Assembly: GCA_964563965.1 (NCBI GenBank)
Contig: CAZLZI010000002.1
Location: 1-36,825, forward strand
Direction: 5' to 3'
Length of the DNA: 36,825 bases
Source: an uncultured Candidatus Saccharibacteria bacterium
GTDB taxonomy: Bacteria; Patescibacteriota; WWE3; UBA101185; UBA10185
Part shown: piece by piece, positions 17,148 through 26,132 of the stretch
How positions within the stretch are numbered: the first letter of the stretch is position 1
Layout: every line of letters begins with the position of its first letter
Notes under the pieces: generated by a model
What the model saw: only the letters and a program-made list of their open reading frames with translations
What the model was told of the DNA's origin: nothing
Database searches by the model: none
Translations under genes and position numbers: made by a program

Positions 17148-18072
17148 GTTTTTTTAGCTTCGCAACAAAAAAGCCTTCAAACAAGTCAGTTGGGAGAATT
17201 CTAATACATTTTGTAATGTCCTCTGTAAAGAGAGTATTATTCCAAGAAATTAACGCTGGTATAAAATTTTCTTTGATCAATTTGGTATCGATAGCCATAA
17301 CCCTTAAATCTTTATGTTTATTTAGCAGGTAAGCAATCACTTCTTCATTTTCCTCTGGAGAGTAGGTACAAGTTGAATAAACAAGCTCACCGTCTTCGGC
17401 AAGCAACTCATAGGCACAATTTACAATTTTCTTCTGTAAATTTCTTAACTGCTTAACTTTCTTCTGACTCCAGTACTTGAGTGAGTCTGTATTTGCCAAA
17501 TTGATAAGACCCTCAGCACTACACGGTGCATCAATTAGTATTTTAGTAAACTTTTGAGGAGTGACATACATGAGTCCTTGAGCAGGTGTGTTAAAGGCTT
17601 GCGTGACGCTAACATCTAACTGTGCAAGTAGTGAGTTAAGGTTATTAAATCTCCGCTTATCTACCTCATTGATGTATAGCTGCGCTTGATTATCTGTTTC
17701 CCTAGCAATCATAAAAGTTTTTCCTCCTGGAGCCGCACACATATCCAGCACATAGTCACTAGCATGTGCATCTAAAACCAAAGGGGGAATCAAACTTGAG
17801 TAATTTAAGATGTAATAATTACCGTCTTTAAAAAACGGCAGTGCGGTTACACGATCTTTCCCTGACTCAATACTGTAACAATATTTGTTATCAGCAATGG
17901 GAATTAAAGTTGCATGCTTGTGTACTTCATCTAGAACTTCTTGCCAGTTGGCTTTAAGAGTATTGAGCACTAGTATTGATTTATGGGAATAAGATAATAG
18001 TTGCGTGACAACTTCATCATTTAGTCCTGTAATCATTTTAAATTTTTCTTTAAATGTAGTTTTAGTTGTCAT
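17137..18072 (-). CDS. NOL1/NOP2/Sun (RsmB/RsmF-like) RNA cytosine-C5 methyltransferase
   Basis: SAM motif DMCAAPGGKT and catalytic motifs ILIDAPCSAEG and LVYSTCTYSPEENEEV. The 3' end overlaps the leuS 3' end by 11 nt. Confidence 0.88.
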   Translation of the reverse strand: MTTKTTFKEKFKMITGLNDEVVTQLLSYSHKSILVLNTLKANWQEVLDEVHKHATLIPIADNKYCYSIESGKDRVTALPFFKDGNYYILNYSSLIPPLVLDAHASDYVLDMCAAPGGKTFMIARETDNQAQLYINEVDKRRFNNLNSLLAQLDVSVTQAFNTPAQGLMYVTPQKFTKILIDAPCSAEGLINLANTDSLKYWSQKKVKQLRNLQKKIVNCAYELLAEDGELVYSTCTYSPEENEEVIAYLLNKHKDLRVMAIDTKLIKENFIPALISWNNTLFTEDITKCIRILPTDLFEGFFVAKLKKLKH

Positions 18073-18080
18073 TTAAGTTG

Positions 18081-18109
18081 TTGACTAGTTATTACTTTTT
18101 AAGTATGTT
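18081..18109 (+). promoter_or_regulatory. Sigma70-like promoter TTGACT-17nt-TATGTT, 7 nt upstream of ATG 18117
   Basis: TTGACT at 18081-18086, 17-nt spacer, TATGTT at 18104-18109, then aagaact and ATG. Confidence 0.5.
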
Positions 18110-18116
18110 AAGAACT

Positions 18117-18872
18117 ATGACACAAAATAATAAACCATGTAATTATACCTATTATTTCCTTTTAGTTCTTCTGGCTATTACCTCATTTGGTTTTGGTTCC
18201 ATGTTTTCTGAGAATAAATATCTGAAAGCTAATCCGTCAAATGTAGCGGCTAATAATAATGCTCCGGCCCAACCTCAAGCTCCGCAACAACCTGCTAAAG
18301 CAATTGACTTAGAGGCAATTGTAACAGGACTTGATCTTGACTACAGTGCAGTCGAAGCTTGTGCCTCATCGGACAAATATAAGCAAAAAGTTGCAGATCA
18401 AGCCGCGGCGGGTAAAGCAGCCAATGTTCAAGGTACACCAGCAGTCTTAGTTATAAACAGAGAAACTAATAAATCTCGAGTACTTCCAGGTGCGGTCCCA
18501 TTTGAAAGCATTAAAACTGCAATTGATGAGGTTCTAACTGGAGAAAATGATACCCCTGCAACGCCAAATGCTTCAGAAATAGATCCTACAAAGATCCCTG
18601 AAGTAACTGCTGAAGACTGGGTAAAAGGTAACAGAGATGCAAAAATAGCATTGATCGAGTACTCTGATTTTGAGTGTCCATTCTGTCAACAATTCCATGC
18701 TTCTGCTCAACAAGCTTTGGATACTTATCCAAACGATTTACAATGGGTTTATAGGCACTTTCCGCTAGATTTCCATCCTAATGCCAATAAGTATGCCTAC
18801 ACAGCTGAATGTGCTGCTGAATTAGGTGGTAATGACGCATTCTGGGCCTTTGCAGATAAGATATTCGAATAA
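18117..18872 (+). CDS. Membrane-anchored DsbA-like thiol:disulfide oxidoreductase with permuted domain order
   Basis: TM anchor YYFLLVLLAITSFGFGSMF and an Ala/Pro/Gln-rich linker. The CPFC active site (nt 18675-18686) lies in the C-terminal half. The cis-Pro loop segment VQGTPAVLV lies in the N-terminal half. The start is taken as ATG 18117 from the promoter geometry; the ORF opens at 18066. Confidence 0.8.
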   Translation: MTQNNKPCNYTYYFLLVLLAITSFGFGSMFSENKYLKANPSNVAANNNAPAQPQAPQQPAKAIDLEAIVTGLDLDYSAVEACASSDKYKQKVADQAAAGKAANVQGTPAVLVINRETNKSRVLPGAVPFESIKTAIDEVLTGENDTPATPNASEIDPTKIPEVTAEDWVKGNRDAKIALIEYSDFECPFCQQFHASAQQALDTYPNDLQWVYRHFPLDFHPNANKYAYTAECAAELGGNDAFWAFADKIFE

Positions 18873-18885
18873 CTAACGAGCACTT

Positions 18886-18915
18886 TTGACATCTAGGTTG
18901 TGACTACTGTAGAAT
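18886..18915 (+). promoter_or_regulatory. Sigma70-like promoter TTGACA-18nt-TAGAAT, 6 nt upstream of the rsmI ATG
   Basis: Consensus TTGACA at 18886-18891, TAGAAT at 18910-18915, ATG at 18922. Confidence 0.5.
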
Positions 18916-18921
18916 ACTGCG

Positions 18922-19620
18922 ATGGAACATGGGGTTTTATATGTTGTGGCGACTCCGATAGGTAACTTGGAAGATATTTCCCAACGTGCCCTACATGTCT
19001 TAACTACCTGTGATCTCATACTTAGTGAAGACACGAGAGAAACACAAAAACTCCTTAACCACTTCCAGATCTCCAAACCACAACTTTCTTACCGAGATCA
19101 GAACCATAAAGGTATTTTTCTAAAGATATTAAATGACCTATTGCATGCTAAAACACTCTGCCTAGTATGTGATTCTGGTACGCCACTTATTTCAGACCCC
19201 GGTTTTAAACTCATTAATGACTTAAGACGCAATGGCTTTACTAACATCATATCTGTCCCTGGACCATCCGCACTTATTGCTGCTTTGAGTATTTCGGGTT
19301 TACCCACAGACCAGTTTACTTTTCTTGGTTTTTTGCCAAAGAAAGAGCAAGATATACTTAAAACCCTAACCCCTCATATAGCATCTGATGCGACGCTTAT
19401 AGTGTATGAATCGCCTTATAGAGTTCTTGCTATCTTAAACACTCTACATACTCTTTTTGGGAATCGTGTTGTCTCTGTTTGTTCGGAACTCACTAAAGCA
19501 CATGAAAGTGTGCATTCTGGCTATATATCAGATATAATAAAGTGTTTTGAAAACGCTTCTCCCAGAGGAGAATACGTGATACTTATTGCAAAAGCCGGAT
19601 TTACATATGACAACTATTGA
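18922..19620 (+). CDS. rsmI: 16S rRNA (cytidine1402-2'-O)-methyltransferase
   Basis: LYVVATPIGNLEDISQRALHVLTTCDLILSEDTR is the typical RsmI N-terminus (tetrapyrrole-methylase fold). 232 aa. Confidence 0.9.
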   Translation: MEHGVLYVVATPIGNLEDISQRALHVLTTCDLILSEDTRETQKLLNHFQISKPQLSYRDQNHKGIFLKILNDLLHAKTLCLVCDSGTPLISDPGFKLINDLRRNGFTNIISVPGPSALIAALSISGLPTDQFTFLGFLPKKEQDILKTLTPHIASDATLIVYESPYRVLAILNTLHTLFGNRVVSVCSELTKAHESVHSGYISDIIKCFENASPRGEYVILIAKAGFTYDNY

Positions 19621-21646
19621 TTTAGAGCAAGAAAAGACAAAACTAGCGCAGACTGTTGAGTTCATTAAGTCGCGCAAGACTAGCTTGGAAAACGCACTCA
19701 CATCAATGGGTGCAATAACACTTGAGAAACTCACCGAACTAAGAAGGGATGCAGAAGGAGGTATGGATTTAATAGTTGCTTTGCAAAGACTCAATGAGTC
19801 TAATGCTTCGTTTAACTTACCTGATAAATATGCGCAACTTGAGGAACTTGCGTATCTGGAGAAAGAACCCTACTTTGCGCGGATTGATTTAAAGGACGCT
19901 TCCTCAACCCAGCCATATTACATAGGAAAATTCGGGGTAATGGCTAATGAAGTACCTTTAGTTACAGATTGGCGAACTAAAATTGCATCCATCTTCTATA
20001 AATACAGGTATCCACAAAAAAACGTCTCATACAAAACTGAAACCGAAACCTATACCTATGACCTGACACTTAAACGAACCTATGAAATTGATGCAGGTGA
20101 GTTAGTTAAATTCTATAACAATGACCTGCAATTTGATGACTCATCACAAATATCTCGCAAGATTGAGAGCCGGACTGGGGGAACACTTGAAGACATCATT
20201 GAAACTATACAGGAAGGCCAACTGGATATTATTGAATCAGACCCACGTCAAACTTGTATCGTACAGGGTTGTGTTGGTAGCGGGAAAAGTACCGTTGCAA
20301 TTCATAAACTGGCACACATCTTTTTTAACTTTCCAGATTTGATACATGCTAACAGATCAATATTAATTGCTCGCAATCAAATCCTTGTCAGTTACTTATC
20401 GACGTTATTTCCTAAGTTAGGCATATTTGATATTAACTATAAAACAGTTAAAGATTTACTTATTCAATTCCTATACAAAGAAGGCATCAAACTGAAATTT
20501 GATTTTGATTTGCCTTCTGATTTAACACTTTACACTCCTGAGTATATTGCAGAGATGCGTGACACTATTGCCACACTGCACGCACATGCGCAGGAAAGAC
20601 TAGCTACAATTTTTAGAGACCCTAAATTTGCCAGTTACGGAGGGTTTGTCTACAGTTTAAAAAACCCCGTATTTGCAAATATAGCTGAGGTAGAAGGGGA
20701 ATTGAATGAAGAAATTATCTTACAGAAAGAACTTATAAAAGAAACTGATAATACGCTAAAGAAAGAAATGCATAAAGAAAATATTAAGAATTTAAAAAAG
20801 GTTATGACGAGTGTAGCGAGAGTTAAGCACATGCTTACCACTGAATATCAGCAAATGCTTAAAACTTATGGACTTAATGAGGAAAAGATCCTTAATTACG
20901 ATCAAACTATCCTTTTTGTTGTTCTTTACACTGAAGTCTATGGTTTTGAAAAATTTATGAAGTTTGAGTATTGTGTTGTCGATGAAGGGCAAGACTTCTC
21001 AATCCTTGAATACTTAGTACTTAATAAGTTTGTACTCTTTGGGAGATTTTGCATTCTTGGAGATCTCAATCAGTCCTATGAGGAGGCCGGTCTTACTACT
21101 TGGGCTGATATTCAATCCTCTATTACAGAAGCACGCAATGCTAAACTTTTTGAATTAACTACAAATTATAGAAGCACCAAGGAAATAATAGTGTTTGCAA
21201 ACTCAATACTTTCCCCGTACACCTCAACCTACTTGCCGATCCCAATTGAAAGACACGGACTCACCCCAACCAGCAATACTTATCCAACTGCTCAAGCCCT
21301 CGTTACTAGTTTAGTAGACCGAGTTAAATTAGATCTTGAGCACTTAACCAAAAGTATAGGAGTTATTGTTTACGATGAGACACTGTACGCTGATGTTGAT
21401 AGAGAACTTTCTAAACTGCTACAAAACAATGATCACTTTATCAAGCTAGATGCTGATAAGCAGATAAGATATATTCCAAAAGGCATTTATTTAACTAAAT
21501 TTGACGACGTTAAGGGGCTTGAGTTTAGTAAAATATACATACTAGGGCTTAATCTTGCTGAAATTACAAGCTTTAAAGAGGCAAAAAGCGCATTTGTAGC
21601 TGTTACTAGAGCTATGAATGAAGTCTTTATACTAGATATCGCCTAG
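19607..21646 (+). CDS. helD: UvrD-like superfamily-1 helicase of the HelD (helicase IV) type
   Basis: N-terminal EPYFARIDL...YYIGKFGV...LVTDWRTKIASIFY is the HelD hallmark. Walker A GCVGSGKST, VVDEGQDFS, NYRSTKEI, VKGLEFSKIYILG, VAVTRAMNEV. The first ATG is 19607; the ORF opens at TTG 19586. Confidence 0.8.
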   Translation: MTTIDLEQEKTKLAQTVEFIKSRKTSLENALTSMGAITLEKLTELRRDAEGGMDLIVALQRLNESNASFNLPDKYAQLEELAYLEKEPYFARIDLKDASSTQPYYIGKFGVMANEVPLVTDWRTKIASIFYKYRYPQKNVSYKTETETYTYDLTLKRTYEIDAGELVKFYNNDLQFDDSSQISRKIESRTGGTLEDIIETIQEGQLDIIESDPRQTCIVQGCVGSGKSTVAIHKLAHIFFNFPDLIHANRSILIARNQILVSYLSTLFPKLGIFDINYKTVKDLLIQFLYKEGIKLKFDFDLPSDLTLYTPEYIAEMRDTIATLHAHAQERLATIFRDPKFASYGGFVYSLKNPVFANIAEVEGELNEEIILQKELIKETDNTLKKEMHKENIKNLKKVMTSVARVKHMLTTEYQQMLKTYGLNEEKILNYDQTILFVVLYTEVYGFEKFMKFEYCVVDEGQDFSILEYLVLNKFVLFGRFCILGDLNQSYEEAGLTTWADIQSSITEARNAKLFELTTNYRSTKEIIVFANSILSPYTSTYLPIPIERHGLTPTSNTYPTAQALVTSLVDRVKLDLEHLTKSIGVIVYDETLYADVDRELSKLLQNNDHFIKLDADKQIRYIPKGIYLTKFDDVKGLEFSKIYILGLNLAEITSFKEAKSAFVAVTRAMNEVFILDIA

Positions 21647-22029
21647 AAGTACACAAGCATATACGGGGAAAAGACTATGATACTTACTATCAACGTACAT
21701 ATGCCCGTAACTAGAACAAACCCTGCGGATAAGTCTTTGATAATCCGTGCACTTTCATCGTAGTGATGAATAACATGATCAATAACACTTTCTACAGCTG
21801 TATTTACCATTTCTGCAGAGAGTAAAAACCCTAAAGAGAGTACTAGCAGCGCCCAGTCGGTTGCTGAAATACTAAAATACATCCCTGCATAGATAACTAC
21901 AATCGTATAAAGTACTTGAACTCTAAAATTTGCTTCATTAAGCAGTGCGTGAAATATACCTTTAAATGCGTATTTGAACCTTTTTACGTGTTTTACAGGA
22001 TGGTGTTCATGCGCTAACTCTTTAATCAT
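21643..22029 (-). CDS. dgkA: Diacylglycerol/undecaprenol kinase (DgkA family)
   Basis: NEANFRVQ, AEMVNTAVESVIDH and IKDLSAGFVL parallel E. coli DgkA NEAAFRQE, EILNSAIEAVVD and AKDMGSAAV. I prefer ATG 22029 (128 aa, -10 box 6 nt upstream). The longer ORF to 22236 would overlap the divergent gene. Confidence 0.88.
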   Translation of the reverse strand: MIKELAHEHHPVKHVKRFKYAFKGIFHALLNEANFRVQVLYTIVVIYAGMYFSISATDWALLVLSLGFLLSAEMVNTAVESVIDHVIHHYDESARIIKDLSAGFVLVTGICTLIVSIIVFSPYMLVYF

Positions 22030-22081
22030 GTCTAAATAATACGCCTTGGAAGAATGTCTTTGCAAATGTATAATATAAGAT

Positions 22082-23125
22082 GTGAAAAAGTTACTTTTAT
22101 TTATAATACCTTTAGTTCTAATTGTCTTAGCTGTGTTTATCTCTTCGAAAACACGGTCAAAATCTATCACGGTAGAAAAGGCTTCAAGCGAGAAACAAGT
22201 TATTGCCAAAACAATTTCAGCATCTGGGGAAGTCACTTCAAAGTATCTCTATGATTTAGCCTTTGAAGGAACAGGCCGAATTAATCAGCTCTCTGTAGCA
22301 AAAGGCGATCCAGTTACTCAAGGCATGTTACTGGCCAGTGCGGTTAATCTTTCGGAATACAACGATATCCAAGCTCTGCGAGATACGCTTGATATCGCAA
22401 AACGTGACAAAGATATCTATGTAGAATTGTATGATACTAAGCGCTCATCTGTCGGGGGAGAAAATGAATATGAAGCGAATGTTCGTCGATTTGATGAGTA
22501 TATTAGTAGGGCAACTGCAAATTACACTTCTTCACTCAATGCTCTCTCTAGGCTTCGCATAACTTCTCCGATAGATGGGACTGTTGTGGACGTACTAAAA
22601 GAACAAAATGAGGTAGCTGCTACGGGACAACCTGTTGTCCGCGTTGCGGATCTATCTAGTTTGGTTTTTGAGGTGTTAATAGATCAAGAAGATTTTGGAC
22701 TGCTTAGTGTTGGGGATAGTGTCGAGCTGACACTTGATTCCTATAAAGACAAAACCTTTAGTGGTGAGGTTTCAGCTCTTCCTCTTTTTGCTCAAGAAAC
22801 TGGAGATTTTGAAGTAAATATTGCTATCACTGATTCAGATAAACCAATTTTGTTAGGGATGAAGGGTGATGCTACTGTCAAGATTGATGAAACTTCAAAA
22901 AAAGTTACTGCTATTGCCTTTGATTTACTCAATGAAGACGATTCTGGTTATTTTCTTTGGATAGATGACAAGGGCATTTTAAAAAAGAAGAAGATAGAGA
23001 TAGGTCTGGAGGGAGACTTTTATACTGAAGTCAAAACTGATATCAGTGGACTAACATTAGTAATACCAGCTCAAGACAGTCAACCTGTTGAAGGTTTGAA
23101 GGTTCGCTATGCAAAAAGTAATTGA
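22082..23125 (+). CDS. HlyD/MacA-type periplasmic adaptor (membrane fusion) protein
   Basis: N-terminal TM, lipoyl-like ASGEV...GRINQLSVAKGDPVTQGMLLA, ITSPIDGTVVDV and a beta-barrel segment. GTG start, 7 nt after TATAAT (22069-22074). Confidence 0.88.
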   Translation: MKKLLLFIIPLVLIVLAVFISSKTRSKSITVEKASSEKQVIAKTISASGEVTSKYLYDLAFEGTGRINQLSVAKGDPVTQGMLLASAVNLSEYNDIQALRDTLDIAKRDKDIYVELYDTKRSSVGGENEYEANVRRFDEYISRATANYTSSLNALSRLRITSPIDGTVVDVLKEQNEVAATGQPVVRVADLSSLVFEVLIDQEDFGLLSVGDSVELTLDSYKDKTFSGEVSALPLFAQETGDFEVNIAITDSDKPILLGMKGDATVKIDETSKKVTAIAFDLLNEDDSGYFLWIDDKGILKKKKIEIGLEGDFYTEVKTDISGLTLVIPAQDSQPVEGLKVRYAKSN

Positions 23126-23777
23126 GGCTAAAAATGTCTCTAAACTATATAAAATCGGTAAAAACGATATTACCGCTGTCAAAAACATTTCACTGCAAAT
23201 TAACCAAGGTGAATTTGTAGCTATTGTTGGCAAATCAGGATCCGGTAAATCCACACTCATGCATATGCTAGGGCTGTTAGATACACCGACTACAGGGGAA
23301 CTTTATTTAAATGACAGACTAGTTTCAAGCCTAAAAGAAAGAGAACTAGCCAGTCTTAGGAATAAAGAAATTGGATTTGTATTTCAATCATTCAATCTAT
23401 TAGCTAGAACCACAGCACTTGATAATGTTATTTTACCGTTAAAGTACTCATCGGTGCCAAGAAACTTATGGAGGCAGAAGGCTGAAGAAATGCTTGCACT
23501 TGTTGAACTATCCGAACGCAAATTAAATAAATCAAATGAATTATCAGGAGGGCAGAAACAACGAGTAGCTATAGCCAGAGCACTTGTGAATGATCCTTCC
23601 ATCATCTTTGCAGACGAACCTACCGGTAATTTAGACTCGAAAACTGGAGAAGACATTGAGCACTTATTTCAAAAACTAAATGCATTAGGTAAGACTATAG
23701 TTCTTGTAACTCATGATGATGAATTAGCGCAAATTGCCAAGCGCAAGATTGTCATTAGGGATGGGGAAATTGTTTAA
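23109..23777 (+). CDS. ABC transporter ATP-binding protein, MacB type
   Basis: GKSGSGKSTLMHMLGLLD, LSGGQKQRVAIARAL, IFADEPTGNLD, VTHD. 17-nt overlap with the adaptor gene. Confidence 0.95.
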   Translation: MQKVIEAKNVSKLYKIGKNDITAVKNISLQINQGEFVAIVGKSGSGKSTLMHMLGLLDTPTTGELYLNDRLVSSLKERELASLRNKEIGFVFQSFNLLARTTALDNVILPLKYSSVPRNLWRQKAEEMLALVELSERKLNKSNELSGGQKQRVAIARALVNDPSIIFADEPTGNLDSKTGEDIEHLFQKLNALGKTIVLVTHDDELAQIAKRKIVIRDGEIV

Positions 23778-24964
23778 TGCTTTCCAAGTTTGCAGAAGGC
23801 GTATCAACTTCTGTAGTTTCTATACTTGCAAATAAACTCCGAGCCTTTCTTACAATGCTTGGTGTTATTATAGGTGTTTTTTCAGTTGTTACACTTATCT
23901 CTCTTGGTAGAGGTTTTCAAAACTATATTAAAGGGGAGTTTGATCAGTTAGGATCTAATCTTCTCTTTGTCGCTCCTGGAAGATCAAATGTGGGTGGAGA
24001 TCCTGCGCTGTCTTTAACACGCAATAAACTTGGCAAAAAACATGTTGATTTAATACATAAATATTCTATGGAGTATGTTGCATACGCTGTACCAAGTATT
24101 AACTTGAATAACGATGTTACCTATAAAGGTAAAACATTTCTTGCGGAGATATTAGGTTCGACGCATGATATGCCTAATATCTTTAATTATCAGATTGATA
24201 CAGGACGCTTCTTTTCCAAAAGTGAGGTTACTGCTAAAGCTAGACTTGCAGTTATAGGGCCTAACGTTGCCAAAGAACTATTTGCTGGTGTTAATCCAAT
24301 TGGCAGGTCTATAGTTATCAATGAAAAAAGTTTTAATGTCATTGGCATCTTTCAAGAGAAGAGTCCTGATTATGATAATCAAATACTTACGACCTACACA
24401 GCCCTTGAGTCAACCTTTGATATTAAGCGCTACACCTACATTGTACTCAAGCTTAAAGAGGACTCCCCTATGGAAATTGCAAAAAAACAAGTTGAATTGG
24501 CTTTACTTCGTGATCTCGAAGAAGATGATTTTTCAGTTCTATCTCAAGAAGATATTTTAGCAACTGTACAACAAATATTAGGTTTGTTAACCACAGGCTT
24601 GGGAGCAATTGCTGCAATCTCACTCTTAGTAGGTGGCATCGGTATTATGAATATTATGTTGGTTACAGTAACAGAGAGAACCAAAGAAGTTGGCCTTCGC
24701 ATGGCGCTAGGCGCTACTAAGATAGATATAGCTTTTCAATTTTTAATGGAAGCAGTTCTTATAAGTGTACTTGGCGGGATAGTTGGTTTAATCTTTGCTT
24801 ACTTAGTATCAATTGGACTCTCGCAGTTTATTCAAACTGAAGTCCCTCCAATGACTATCTTTTTATCATTTTTGTTTTCTGTTGTTGTAGGAGTAATTTT
24901 TGGAACTTATCCTGCTATCATGGCTAGTAAGAAAGAACCTATTGAGGCACTTAGATATGAATGA
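23777..24964 (+). CDS. MacB/FtsX-family ABC permease (paralog 1)
   Basis: LRAFLTMLGVIIGVFSVV at the N-terminus, a ~220-aa extracytoplasmic domain, and an FtsX bundle ending EPIEALRYE. TAATG start/stop overlap. Confidence 0.93.
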   Translation: MLSKFAEGVSTSVVSILANKLRAFLTMLGVIIGVFSVVTLISLGRGFQNYIKGEFDQLGSNLLFVAPGRSNVGGDPALSLTRNKLGKKHVDLIHKYSMEYVAYAVPSINLNNDVTYKGKTFLAEILGSTHDMPNIFNYQIDTGRFFSKSEVTAKARLAVIGPNVAKELFAGVNPIGRSIVINEKSFNVIGIFQEKSPDYDNQILTTYTALESTFDIKRYTYIVLKLKEDSPMEIAKKQVELALLRDLEEDDFSVLSQEDILATVQQILGLLTTGLGAIAAISLLVGGIGIMNIMLVTVTERTKEVGLRMALGATKIDIAFQFLMEAVLISVLGGIVGLIFAYLVSIGLSQFIQTEVPPMTIFLSFLFSVVVGVIFGTYPAIMASKKEPIEALRYE

Positions 24965-26132
24965 AGTCTTATTAACATCTCTTACATCAATTAGAGCAAA
25001 TAAACTCCGCTCATTCCTAACCATGTTGGGGGTTATTATAGGTGTGTTTGCAGTAGTATCCATGTTGTCTTTAGGAGTCGGGGTACAAAACTATATCGCA
25101 AATAGTTTTAATTCACTTGGTACTAATTTGTTATTAGTAGCTCCTGGCAGATTTAACTTCAGGGCAGATCCGTCCAATTCTTTTTCCAGAAATAAGCTTG
25201 AAGAAAAACATGTCGAACTAATTAAAAGATATGCATCGGATGTAATACTGGCAGTTTCGCCGTCAATTAGAACCGGTGCCACCATTCAGTACCGAGACAA
25301 AGAATTCTTTGGAACGGTCATTGGGATTAATTATGATGCGATAAATGTTACCAACTACGAAGTGCTCCAAGGTAGAAACATATCTCGAACCGATGAGAAA
25401 GCAGCTAATAAATATGCACTAATTGGTGTTGAGACAAAAAAAGAGCTTTTCGGTGCAGATAAAGCCCTTGGCAAGACTATCAAGATCAATAAAGAGTCTT
25501 TTACCATTATAGGAGAAATAGCCAAAAAGAATCAGTCATATGATCAAGGTGTTATAACTCCAGTTACGACTGTTAAAGAAGTTTTTGGGATAGAAAATTA
25601 TTCCAATATTGCAGCCAAGCTGAAAGATCCCAAGGATGATACTAAAGCACGTAAAATCATGGAGATGGCTCTTCTTCGAGATTTAAAGGCAGATGACTTT
25701 ACAGTTATTTCGCAATCCGAATTACTGGCATCATTTCAAAACATATTAGGATTACTTACGGCAGGTATAGGTATGATTGCAGGTATTTCGCTCTTGGTTG
25801 GCGGGATTGGGATTATGAATATTATGCTTGTTTCTGTAACAGAAAGAACAAAAGAGATTGGCCTTAGAAAAGCGGTTGGTGCTACCCCCAGAGTAATTGT
25901 CATACAGTTTTTAAGTGAAGCAATCATTATTAGTGTTGCCGGAGGACTCATAGGCATACTTCTGGCGTTTTTGCTTACCGCCTCGATCAAGAGCTATATT
26001 GAGGCAAGTGTTCCGCTCTATGCAATAATCATTGCTTTTGTGTTTTCTGTATCTGTAGGTGCGGTTTTTGGCACATATCCTGCAATTAAAGCTGGGAAAA
26101 AAGACCCGATTGAAGCGTTAACTTTTGAATAG
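24957..26132 (+). CDS. MacB/FtsX-family ABC permease (paralog 2)
   Basis: MNEVLLTSLTSIRANKLRSFLTMLGVIIGVFAVV... ending DPIEALTFE. ATG 24957 overlaps the upstream stop by 8 nt (ATGAATGA). The ORF opens at TTG 24900. Confidence 0.92.
   Translation: MNEVLLTSLTSIRANKLRSFLTMLGVIIGVFAVVSMLSLGVGVQNYIANSFNSLGTNLLLVAPGRFNFRADPSNSFSRNKLEEKHVELIKRYASDVILAVSPSIRTGATIQYRDKEFFGTVIGINYDAINVTNYEVLQGRNISRTDEKAANKYALIGVETKKELFGADKALGKTIKINKESFTIIGEIAKKNQSYDQGVITPVTTVKEVFGIENYSNIAAKLKDPKDDTKARKIMEMALLRDLKADDFTVISQSELLASFQNILGLLTAGIGMIAGISLLVGGIGIMNIMLVSVTERTKEIGLRKAVGATPRVIVIQFLSEAIIISVAGGLIGILLAFLLTASIKSYIEASVPLYAIIIAFVFSVSVGAVFGTYPAIKAGKKDPIEALTFE

Noticed and set aside
18873-19794. Minus-strand ORFs of 67-88 aa (18873-19076, 19098-19307, 19528-19794) opposite rsmI and helD.
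   Set aside because: They are antisense shadows of well-supported genes, with low-complexity translations.
22030-22236. Long N-terminal extension of the dgkA ORF (197-aa version).
   Set aside because: The extension has no DgkA similarity and would overlap the divergent adaptor gene by 155 nt. ATG 22029 gives a canonical ~128-aa DgkA with a -10 box 6 nt upstream.
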